From Malacoraja senta (taxonomy: Eukaryota), in assembly GCA_038087875.1 (NCBI GenBank), contig CM075995.1, forward strand, positions 8,248,001 to 8,312,000: DNA of 64,000 nucleotides. Reading direction: 5' to 3'. Below the pieces are notes generated by a model. That model was not told the DNA's origin. It saw nothing but the letters and a program-made list of their open reading frames with translations, and did not search any database. Made by a program: the position numbers and the translations under genes. Each line of letters opens with the position of its first letter. Position 1 is the first letter of the stretch. This document shows, piece after piece, positions 51,088 through 62,100 of the stretch.

Positions 51088-52261
51088 GTACACAAAAATG
51101 CTGGAGAAACTTAGCGGGTGCAGCAGCATCTATGGAGCGAAGGAAATAGGTAACGTTTCGGGCCGAAACCCTTCTTCAGACTGATAGGGGGTGGGGAGAA
51201 GAAAGGAAAAAAGGAAAAAGGCGGAGGAGGAGCCCGAGGGCTGGGGGAGGGGAGGAGACAACCAGATAGCTGATGAAGGGGAGGGGACAGCAAGGGCTAG
51301 CAGAATTGGGAGAATTCAATGTTCAAGCCCCCAGGATGCAGACTGCCCAAGCGGAATATGAGGTGCATTTCCTCCAATTTACGGTGTTGCTCGCTGTGGC
51401 CATGGAGGAGACCCAGGACAGAGAGGTCAGATACGGAATGGGAGGGGGAGTTGAAGTGCTGAGCCACCGGGAGTTCAGGTTGGTTATTGCGGACCGACCG
51501 GAGGTGTTCGGCGAAACGATCGCCAAGCCTCCGCTTGGTCTCACCGATGTAGATCAGCTGGCATCTAGAGCAGCGAATGCAATAGATGAGGTTGGAGGAG
51601 ATGCAGGTGAACCTCTGTCGCACCTGGAACGACTGCTTGGGTCCTTGAATGGAGTAGAGGGGGGAGGTGAAGGGACAAGTGTTGCATCTCTTGCGGTTGC
51701 AAGGGAAAGTACCAGGGGAGGGGGTGGTATGGGAGGGAAGGGAAGAATTGACAAGGGAGTTACGGAGGGAGCGGTCTTTGCGGAAGGCAGACATGGGGGG
51801 AGATGGGAAGATGTGGTCGGTCCGCAATAACCAACCTGAACTCCCGGTGGCTCAGCACTTCAACTCCCCCTCCCATTCCGTATCTGACCTCTCTGTCCTG
51901 GGTCTCCTCCATGGCCACAGCGAGCAACACCGTAAATTGGAGGAAATGCACCTCATATTCCGCTTGGGCAGTCTACATCCTGGGGGCTTGAACATTGAAT
52001 TCTCCCAATTCTGCTAGCCCTTGCTGTCCCCTCCCCTTCATCAGCCCTCTGGTTGTCTCCTCCCCTCCCCCAGCCCTCGGGCTCCTCTTCCGCCTTTTTC
52101 CTTTTTTCCTTTCTTCTCCCCACCCCCTATCAGTCTGAAGAAGGGTTTCGGCCCGAAACGTTACCTATTTCCTTCGCTCCATAGATGGTGCTGCACCCGC
52201 TGAGTTTCTCCAGCATTTTTGTGTACCTTCGATTTTCCAGCATCTGCAGTTCCTTCTTTAA
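51088..52261. mobile_element. Penelope-like element, truncated, with inverted arms and 15-bp TSD
   Basis: Arms 51088-51499 and 51815-52226 are reverse complements; CAATCAAAATCCTAG at 51073-51087 and 52262-52276. Confidence 0.95.
51297..51814 (-). pseudogene. Penelope GIY-YIG endonuclease domain (open frame, N-terminally truncated)
   Basis: CNRKRCNTC..NLIYCIRCSRCQLIYIGETKRRLGDRFAEH..VAQHF..RKLEE..GLN. Confidence 0.92.
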
Positions 52262-52644
52262 CAATCAAAATCCTAGTCACTCAACATCTGACCACACCCC
52301 ACTCCCATTACTCTCCAAAAAAGGAAGCACATTTCATCTTGATCTCTCAGCAGAGAGAATGCTGAGAGACCAAGCAGCAGAAAGAATGCAGCAAATTTAT
52401 CTCCACAAACAGTTAAGAAATTCAGTCCTTACACCTCCTCCGTCCTTGTAGTCACTATATTACCTTAATATATTCTTATTGCTATATAACCTTACACTAT
52501 TCTTATTGCTATTCTACTTACTGCTATTCTACAATATTTTATCACTGTGTACACTTTCTGTTACCCACTTACCTTAAATTCGTATTTTGCCCGTACAGCC
52601 CTCAGTTACCCAAGGTGTTATCCACAAAATACTTTATTCTGCCC

Positions 52645-52784
52645 GTACAAACCCCTGACCTCTCAGGGTGGTATCCACAGAATGCCTTATTCTGCCCATT
52701 ACAAACCCCTGACCTCTCAGGGTGGTATCCACAGAATACTTGCCTCGTCCGTGCAACCCCTGACCTCTCAGGATGGTATCCACG
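52645..52784. repeat. Three degenerate tandem repeats (about 53 bp) in the ERV leader
   Basis: AACCCCTGACCTCTCAGG(G/A)TGGTATCCAC three times. Confidence 0.9.
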
Positions 52785-53109
52785 AGGTCTAATAAACTCT
52801 TAATACTATCACATAATGCAATGCTGTACTTTCTTATTACTCACCACACAGCGCAGCCTTCTCGGACAATCCTTCGGGCCTCCTTTTTAGAACAATTTAG
52901 AGCCAGATTCTTGGATCGGAGAGACCTTCTAACTACCTAGGCATTTCTGTGCCCCAATGGCCACCCATGTTCAACAGGTTATTAGTCCAAATGAAGCGGA
53001 AAACCGCATAATTTTTTAGGTGGCCGCCCTTTTCCTGTTGTCCCTAGGAGCCAAGAGGGGCTGGGAAGTGCCCTGGGCTGTTTGTCTTTTAATTATCGGT
53101 CTCTTACCG

Positions 53110-53127
53110 ACCTTGCTCGCTGCGCCA
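53110..53127 (-). promoter_or_regulatory. ERV primer-binding site, tRNA-Ser(UGA)-type
   Basis: Plus strand ACCTTGCTCGCTGCGCCA resembles the 3' end of vertebrate tRNA-Ser(UGA) (ACCCTGCTCGCTGCGCCA, recalled from memory); 4 nt from the 5' LTR. Confidence 0.8.
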
Positions 53128-53131
53128 ATTT

Positions 53132-53665
53132 TGTCGTGGTTTTAAGACTCAAAGTTTGGATAAGATGACACAGACACGGAGAATTCTTCAAGAAGACGAA
53201 AAGCCTTTATTTGCAAATATTCGGCTGGAACATTCAGAGATGACACCACCTGTCCGCTCTCTAATTGCTCTCTGATCCACAGAAACAAGCAGCTTTTTAT
53301 TACACTCTTTCAGCCTTAACTCTGCTACATTATCTTTCATGCTGTACTCCTTTGCATCAATCTGTCTTTGATTCTAGTATTCTCTGTCTCGCCACCATTA
53401 GCTTCCGACCTTGGTTCAATCTTATTAAACTTTACATTTCCTCTCATATCTCGTCCTTCACTCACCACCCTTAAAATTAACTTCTAATGTCCCAGCTATG
53501 TCCTGCCACCATTATGTTTCAGCTAAAGCAACTTTAATCTCTCAGCTATGTCTGCCAAGGTTAGACGACACCATTTTAGTGTATGTTTAATACAAGGATA
53601 TAAATGTATTTATTAAGAATACAAAGGTGCAAAAGTAGAAATAAGTAACTTGTTTATCTTCCATA
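53132..53665 (-). repeat. ERV 5' LTR
   Basis: Direct repeat of 43766-44318. Confidence 0.95.
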
Positions 53666-55162
53666 CTCCCCTCCCCATCTACCCCCCCCCCATCTATTCA
53701 TCCTGCGCTGATCACCCTGTCCACCTAGCATTGATTCTCCTGCCCCCCCCATCCATCCTACACTGGTTCCCTAATTCACCCTGTACTTACCCCTTTCCCA
53801 TCCATCCTGCACTTCTCCTTCATCCATCCTGTACTAATCCACGCATTCATCCCATACTGACCCACCCTCCATTTACCCTGCACCTTCCCCCCTTCCCCTC
53901 ATTCATCCTGTAGTGATCCCCCATTCATCCTGCACAGACCCTCCGATCCACACTGTACTGACCCCCCCCCCATTCATCCTGTGCTGATCTCCCCCCCCCC
54001 ATCCATCCTGTACTGATCCTCCCATTGAAGAAGAATGGGGGGAACAGTCTGAAGAAGGGTCTCGACCTGAAACGTTGCCTATTTCCTTCGCTCCATAGAT
54101 GCTGCCTCACCCGCTGACCTTCTCCAGCACTTTTGTCTACCCCCATCCATCCCGTACTGAACCCCCCCATTCAACACCACTGACATCCTCGGTGCTCTCC
54201 CCTCACAATTTTACCTACTCCAACCAACACGTACTAATTCACCTGCCTCAATCCATCCATTCTGCACCGACTGCCTTCTAACCCCCCCACTCCCGCCATC
54301 TATCCATCCCGCACTGATTCACACACACACCCCTCCCTGACCCTATTGTGCTGGAAATGTCTTCAGAGCGAGCATTGACTATGTTTGATAACGGAATGCA
54401 ATCAAATGTGTTTTAATTCCCAATGTTATTATTTGTTTTAATCCATAAAGATGGATTAATTATATTGTGAACACGTGAAACATTAAAACCGCAGTGTTCG
54501 ATTGTCACTGCTGCCGTTGACACGTTATTACAGAATTCATTTTAACGGCAAATCAATGCTCTTAATATGGAGTATCAGTACTGTAGTTATTTAATGAGCA
54601 ACATCCACAACTATACGTACGCATATATGTTACCATGGTCTAGGATTTATTGACACAGGTTGATCATACGCTGAATAATCCAACCACATTTTTGTTTGGA
54701 AGTGGAAAGAACTAATAGAAATTGCATTAATTGCTATGTGTAAAAAGAGTTGAGATACTGTCTTATAATTTTGCTGCATGTCATTGTGGGATATATCATG
54801 TCTTGATTGGTGAATATGTTTAGTTTGTGACTTTATTTGAAGCAGAAATAATATGTGAATGGTTCATTGACCATAATTCCGACTGGTAACTACACACTTC
54901 GTCCGAGCACATTATCGCACGCGTCATTCAAGCCATCTTAAATGACCACCTAAACTGCCATTTGGCAACCTAAAAAGCTGCCAAGGTTGCCCGGCTGGCA
55001 ACAGGGAAAAAAAGTTAAGCAAGAGCCCTGGAATATGATAAAAAAAACGAGTGTGAATGGGTTATCAATGGTCTGCATGGACTCGGTGGGCCGAAGGGCC
55101 TGTTTCCATGCGGTATGTTTCTTGTTTTTCAATCGACCGACCGACCAATCAATCAATCAGGC

Positions 55163-55458
55163 TGCACAGTGGCGATGGGTAGAGTCGCTGCATTACACTG
55201 TTAGAGACCCGGGTTCGATCCTGACTACGTATGCTGTCTGTATGGTGTTTACACGTTCACCCCATGACCTGCGTGGGTTTTCTCCGGGTGCTCCGGTTTC
55301 CTCTCACACTCCAAAGACATACAGGTACAGGTTAATTGGGTTAGTAAAATTGTAAATTGTCGTTAGTGTGTGTAGGTTAGTGTTAATGCGTGGGGATCGT
55401 TGGTCGGCACGGACTCGGTGGGCCGAAGGACCTCTTTCCGCGCTGTATCTCTAAAACG
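55163..55458 (+). mobile_element. HE1/V-SINE-like SINE
   Basis: B box GGTTCGATCC, V-type core, CR1-like tail. Confidence 0.85.
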
Positions 55459-55700
55459 AATAGATACTCAGCAGGTCAGGCAGCGCGTGTGAAGGGAGAA
55501 TATGTTTCTTTTCATGCTCTCCAAAAGGCGGCAAATATGTCACCTGTACAACTTTGTTCTCTAATCCCGCACTGACATTTCCTTTTGTTCCTTCCACCTC
55601 TCCCTCTCTCTGCCACTTAAAGCACATTTGTTTTCTAACTTTTCCAGTCCTGATGAAAGATTATATTGACCTAAAACTTTAACTCTCTTTATCTCCCCAG

Positions 55701-56003
55701 GACGGCACGGTGGCGCAGCGGTAGAGTTGCTGCCTTACAGCGCCAGAGACCCGGTTTTGATCCCAACCATGGGTGCTGTCTGTACGGAGTTTGTATGTTC
55801 TCCCAGTGACCTGCGTGGGTTTTCTCCGAGATCTCCGGTTTCCTCCCACGCTCCAAAGATGTACAGGTTTGTAGGTTAATTGGCTTGGTATCAATGTAAA
55901 ATTGTCCCTAGTATGGGTAGGATAGTGTTAGTGTGCGGGCATCGCTGTTCGGAGCGGACTCGGTGGGCCGAAGGGCCTGTTTCCACGCTGTATCTCCAAA
56001 CTA
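55701..56003 (+). mobile_element. HE1/V-SINE-like SINE, full length
   Basis: GGCACGGTGGCGCAGCGGTAGAG head to CTCCAAACTAA tail. Further copies at about 5605, 12392, 18400, 18752, 20610, 24695, 25560, 25897 and 32804. Confidence 0.88.
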
Positions 56004-56085
56004 AGTTGCTGCTTGGCCCGCCCAGTATTTCTAGCATTTTCTGTTTTATTTTAATTTCAGATTTCCTCCTTGTATGAACCCTTGT

Positions 56086-57043
56086 GGGAGTGGCGGCGCC
56101 TAACGGCAGCGGCTCAACTACAGTCGTCCGTCTTTTCTTTAAATTTTTGTCTTGTTAAATGTATGTCTTGAGCTTAGTTTTTATTATTTTTTAGCTGTGT
56201 ATATGTGGGGGGTGGAGGGGGGGGATGTTGGGGAAACCGTTAATCTCTTCCCTGTACGGGGACCCGACTTTTTCCCTGTCGGATCTCCGATGTCGTTGGG
56301 CCTAACATTGTGGAGCCGGCGGCGGCCTCCGGCCGGGACTAACCAGAAGGCTCCACTCGCGGAGCCTGGGACCTGACATCGCGGAGCTGGCCGGCTTTGG
56401 AGCGGGGAGAGCTGTGGTGGCGCTCGGCTGCGACCCGACTTTGGAGTTTCAGAAGCTCCGGCTGCGGGCCCGGTGGACAGGAACATCGGGAGCTCCAGGT
56501 CCCTGGTGGGAGACATATTTTCGGAGCTCCTGCAACGGCAACTTCTCCCGCTGGAATCGCGAGGTTTGGAGGACACGGAGCGAGGCCTAACATCGCCCGG
56601 CACGGGTTGGCGGCCACGGGACTTACCATCGTCCGCCGGGGGCTCTAACATCGGAGCCCCAGTTCGCCTAGACGCTGCAGTTGGACGGCAGGTTGGACTG
56701 CTTGAACCGCAGGGTTTGAAGGACACGGAGCCGGGGCCTGGCATCGCCCGGCGTGGCTAAATGGCCACAGGACTTACCATCGTCCGCCGGGGGCTTTAAC
56801 ACCGGAGCCCCAGTTCGCCTAGACGCTGCAGTTGGACTGCTGGACCGCGGGTGAAGAATAAAGGGAAGATATAAGACTTTGCCTTCCATCACAGTGAGGA
56901 GGTGTTGGAGACTCACTGTGATGGATGTTTATGTAAACTGTGTTAAGTGTGGGTCTTGGCTTTTTTTGTAATGTAAAAAACTGTAGTAATGATATTTCGT
57001 TCAAGCCTAGGTTTGAATGACAATAAATAGCATTCTATTCTAT
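56086..57043 (+). mobile_element. GC-rich non-autonomous retroelement
   Basis: 5' GGGAGTGGCGGCG; 14-bp stem TCCATCACAGTGAG/CTCACTGTGATGGA; 3' TTTCGTTCAAGCCTAGGTTTGAATGACAATAAA plus (ATTCT)n. Confidence 0.8.
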
Positions 57044-57058
57044 GGCTCTGGGCTTTTT

Positions 57059-59157
57059 AACATAGAACATAAACTAACATAGAAAATAAGTGCAGGAGGA
57101 GGTCATTTGGCCCTTCGAACCAACACCGCCATTCATGTGATAATGGTTAATCGTCCCCAATCAATAACCCGTGCCTGCCTTCTCCCCATATCCCTTGATT
57201 CCACTAGCCCCTAGAGCTCTATCTAACTCTCTCTTAAATCCATCCAGTGATTTGGCCTCCACTGCCCTCTGTGGCAGGGAATTCCACAAATTCAACAATT
57301 CTCTGGGTGAAAATGTTTTTTCTCACCTCAGTCTTCAATGGCCTCCCCTTTATTCTAAGAATGTGGCCCCTTGATCTGGACCCGCCCAACATTGGGAACA
57401 TTTTTCCTGCATTTAGCTTGTCCAGTCCTTTTATAGTTTTATATGTTTCTATAAGATACCCCCTCATCCTTCTAAACTCCAGTGAATACAAGCCTAGTCT
57501 TTTCAATCTTTCCTCATATGACAGTCCCGCCATCGCAGGGATCATTCTCGTGAACCTACGCTGCACTGCCTCAATCACAAGGATGTCCTACCTCAAATTA
57601 GGAGACCAAAACTATACACAATACTCCAGATGTGGTTTTACCAGAGCCCTATTCAACTGCAGAAGAACCTCTTTACTCCTATACTGAAATCCTCTTGTTA
57701 TGAAGGCCAACATTCCATTAGCTTTCTTCACTGCCTGCTGTACCTGCACGCCAACTTTCAATGACTGGTGTACAAGGACACCCAGGTCTCTCTGTACCTC
57801 CCCCTTACCTAACCTAACCCCATTGAGAATAATCTGCCCCCTTGTTTTTGCCGCCAAAGTGGATAACCTCACATTTATCTATATTATACTGTGTCTGCCA
57901 CGCATCTGCCCACTGACTCAACCTGTCCAGGTCACCCTGCAACCTCCTAACATCCTCTTCACAGTTCACACTGCCACCCAGCTTTGTGTCATCCGCAAAC
58001 TTGCTAGTGTTGCTCCTAATTCCCTCTTCCAAATCATTAATATATATGGTAAACAGTTGCGGCCCCAACACCGAGCCTTGCGGCACTCCACTCGCCACTG
58101 CCTGACATTCTGAAAAGGACCCGTTCACTCTTACACTTTGCTTCCAGTCTGCCAACCAATTTTCTATCCACGTCAACACCCTACCTCCAATATCATGTGC
58201 TCTAATTTTAGTCACCAGTCTCCCATGCGGGACCTTATCAAAGGCTTTCTGAAAGTCTAGATACACTACATCCACTGGCTCCCCTTCATTCATTTTACTT
58301 GTCACATCCTCAAAAAATTCCAGAAGATTAGTCAAGCATGATTTTCCTTTCATAAATCCATGCTGGCTTGGACTAATCCTTTTAATCCTAATAATAGGGG
58401 CATCCAAATGCCCCATTATTACCTCTTTAATAATTGACTCCAGCATCTTTCCCACCACCGAAGTCAGGCTAACTGGTCTGTAATTCCCCGTTTTCTCTCT
58501 CACTCCTTTCTTGAAAAGTGGGATAACATTAGTTATCCTCCAATCCATAGGAACTGATCCTGAATCTATTGAACATTGGAAAATGATCACCAATGCGTCC
58601 ACTATTTCTAGAGCCACTTCCCTGAGGACCCTGGGATGCAGACCATCAGGCCCAGGAGATTTATCATCCTTCAGTCCCATTAACCTACCCAATACTATTT
58701 ATCGCCTAATGAAAATTTCTTTCAGTTCCTCTACCCCCTTAGATCCTCTGTCCTCCAGTACATCTGGGAGATTGTTTGTGTCTTCCTTAGTGAAGACAGA
58801 TCCGAAGTACCTGTTCAACTCCTCTGCCATTTCCTTGTTCCCCATAATAATTTCACCCGTGTCTGCCTTCATGGGACCTACATTTGACTTTGCTATTCTT
58901 TTTCCCTTAACATATCTAAAGAAGCTTTTCCTGTCCTTTATATTCCTGGCCAGCTTCCCCTCGTACTTCATCTTTTCAGCCCGTATTGCCCGTTTTATTT
59001 CCTTCTGTTGTCCTATGAAAGTTTCCCAAACCTCTGGCTACTGGCTATTCTTTGCTGTGTTTTACATCTTTTCTTTAAGTTTTATTCTATCCCTAACTTC
59101 TATTGTCAGCCACAGTTGCCTCCTACTCCTCTTAGAATCTTTCTTCCTTTTTGGAAT
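57059..59157 (-). mobile_element. CR1 LINE (RT region, frameshifted), cut by the L1 insertion
   Basis: KSPGPDGLHP, NYRPVSLTS, LDFQKAFD, GVPQGSVLGP, KFADD; (TTCTATG)n-type tail. Confidence 0.95.
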
Positions 59158-62100
59158 TATTTTTTTTTTTTTATTTTTTTTATTTTTTTTATTTTTTAGA
59201 AGTACGGTAGATTACAGTAATGTACAACACGTATATATTAATACATTTTTTGTACCGCTTCACTTTTTTAATCTTTAAGAAAGAAAAAGAAAGAAGTAAG
59301 AAAAGTGAAGAAAGTGCACAAAGGTTGTGAAGTGCAAAAGAGTGTTGGGAAAAGAAAGCCCCTTAGAAAAGAAGTTAGAGAAGGAAGTAAAGTTAGAAAA
59401 TAGACCCTAGAAAAAAAAAGAGAAAGAAAGAAGGAACAATCGCTCTATTATAATTCTTATACCATACTTCATAGAGAAGGAACTACCAACCAAGTCTGTT
59501 TTTATTTTACCTCCCATTACCAGGTCCAGATACCTTTTATTTATTTATTTGTTTTTCTAAATTACTATTGCACCTCATGCTTGTAATAGGTCCAAAAACG
59601 TAGACCACGTCTTTTGAAATTGATCTACTTTGCCTACTAGGAGGAATCTCATCTCTTCCAGATGTAATGTTTCCAACATATTTGATGTCCACATTTTTAT
59701 TGTTGGTGTGGGCGCATTTTTCCAGAATTTAAGTATAAGCTTTTTTCCCATTATTAGCCCATAATTGAGTAAATTCTTCTGATACACGTTTAATTCAGGA
59801 ATACCTTCCGATATTCCAAAAATAATCCATTCTGGTTTTGGTACCAGTTTTATTTTGATTAATTTTGAAAAAATATCAAATATTTCAAACCAGAATTTTT
59901 GGATTTTTGTACAAAAAACAAAAGAATGTGCTATGGTAGCTTCTTGACATATACATTTATCACAGATTGGTGAGACGTTAGGAAAGATTTTATTTAGTTT
60001 GGTTTTTGAATAATATAATCTATGTAATGTTTTAAATTGGATAAGCGTATGTCGTACGTTGATCGAGCATTTATGCACCTGTAATAAATGATTATCCCAA
60101 CTCTCTTTTGAAATTTTTATACCTAGATCTTGTTCCCAATCTCTTCTAATTCCATCTGTTGTGGGTATTTCTATATTTAAGATGATATTATATAAGTATG
60201 ATATTAAATTAACTGATTCCGCCTTTGTCTTCATTGCTTCATCTAGTAAGTCGGAAGGCATATTATAATAATCTTTTGTGTGTGTTTTCAAATAGTCACA
60301 GATTTGTAGATATTTAAAATATTGATTATTTTTCAAATTATATTTCAGTTGTAGTTGTTGGAATGATAGTAATTTTTCTAATTCATACAGATCTTCGAGC
60401 GTTTTAATTCCCATTCTTTCCCATTGTATAAATGCTTTATCTATGATTGAAGGTTTAAACGATGGGTTATTGACTATTGGTATTAAGAGAGATAGGTTTC
60501 TTAATTTTAGATTCTGTTTTATTTGCTTCCATGTTCTAATAGTGCTATATATAATTGGATTTTTATTATAATTTTTATTATTCAAATTTATTGGAGAGAG
60601 AATAATCGCTCCTATATTATTCGGGGAGCAATCCCCTTTTTCCATTATAATCCAGTCCACCTGCTGGGCAGAATTGTCCAGCAGGTGAATCATATTTTTA
60701 ATATTTACTGCCCAGTTATAATACATAAAGTTAGGGAGCGCTAGACCCCCCAACTCTTTTCGTTTGTTAAGGTGTGTTCTTTGTATTCTGTGGGATTTGT
60801 AATCCCATATAAAATTTGTAATGTCTGAGTCCAGTTTTTTGAAAAACTTTTTTGGGAGATATATAGGTATTGATTGAAATAGGTAAAGGATTTGTGGCAA
60901 GAAAATCATTTTTATAGCATTTATCCTACCTATTAAGGACATCGGAAGTGTTTTCCAAAATTTAATCAGATTATTTAATTTCTTAAGTAGGGGATTATAA
61001 TTAGCTTTAAACATATCATGGTAATTTCTAGTAATCTCAATTCCTAAATATTTGAATTTTTCCATAGCTATTTTAAAAGGGAATTTCCTGAGATGTGTTG
61101 AGTCTTTTGGTTTAATCGACATAATTTCACTTTTGTTCCAATTTATTCTATATCCTGAAAAGGATCCAAAGTCCTCAATTAAGTTTAATATATTTGGTAT
61201 ACTAATTTGTGGTTTTGTGATGTACAGTAGTACATCATCAGCATATAGGGATAGTTTGTTGTTTGAATATTTTGTGTTATAACCGTGAATATTCGAGTGT
61301 GTTCTTATTTTTTCAGCAAGGGGTTCAATTACCAAAGCAAATAACAGCGGTGATAGTGAACATCCTTGTCTGTTGCCCCTAGATAATTCGAATTTTGAAG
61401 ATAATATATTATTAGTTAGTATTCTAGCCGTAGGTTTGTTATATAGTAGTTTTATCCATGCAATAAAGTTTTCTCCCAATTGGAATTTTTGCAATACTTT
61501 GATCATATAGTCCCATTCTACTTGATCAAACGCTTTTTCTGCGTCCAGTGAGATGATAGCTAACTCTTGGTCATCAGATTTATGTGAATGCATTATGTTA
61601 AGCAAACGTCTCAAATTATTAAATGAGTGTCTCTTAGGTATAAATCCTGTTTGATCCTCATGTATTAGTCTACTAACATACTTGCTTAATCTATTGGCTA
61701 ATGTTTTTGCTATTATTTTCTGATCCGTATTTAACAAAGCAATAGCTCTATATGATCCTGGTTCTTCTATATTTTTATCTTTTTTAAGTATTAATATGAT
61801 CGTTGATTCCGCTAGTGTTTCAGGTAGGTTTTGCTCTTTATAAGCATATGTATACATTTTTTGTAATCGTGGAGTAACTATATCATAAAAAGATTTATAA
61901 AATTCATTACTGAATCCGTCTGGTCCTGGTGTTTTTCCATTTTTTAGTGTTTTTATTGTGTCTTCTATCTCCTTAGAAGTAATTTGTGCTCCCAGTTCCT
62001 CTTGTTCCCTGCGTTCTAATTGTGGTAGATTACAATTATCTAAAAATTCTGAGATTTTATTATTGTCTATTGATGTTTTAGATGTGTATAGATTCTGGTA

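Larger units (their letters stand above)
43766..53665 (-). mobile_element. Endogenous retrovirus (gamma/epsilon-like), full proviral structure, coding regions degraded
   Basis: Paired LTRs, CTCC flanks, PBS, PPT; remnants of gag (about 49200-50400), RT (IQYVDDLLVCS, about 48860-48890), RNase H, integrase (NWIDALPLAL) and env TM (44545-44930). Confidence 0.93.
42891..55030. mobile_element. Non-autonomous hAT-like DNA transposon with 5-bp TSD (hAT5-like), host of the ERV
   Basis: Termini CAGGGCTC / GAGCCCTG; GAATA on both sides (42886-42890, 55031-55035); GTTGCC/GGCAAC subterminal motifs at both ends. Confidence 0.75.

Noticed and set aside
53666..54350. Pro/His-rich ORFs
   Set aside because: C-rich degenerate repeat (CCATCCATCCTGTACTGA) inside the hAT-like element.
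55701..55775. tRNA genes at SINE heads
   Set aside because: Only A/B-box-like heads continuing into SINE bodies; no complete cloverleaf.
58511..59278. 255-aa plus-strand ORF with hydrophobic tail
   Set aside because: Antisense of CR1 continuing into the L1 poly-A (poly-Phe).
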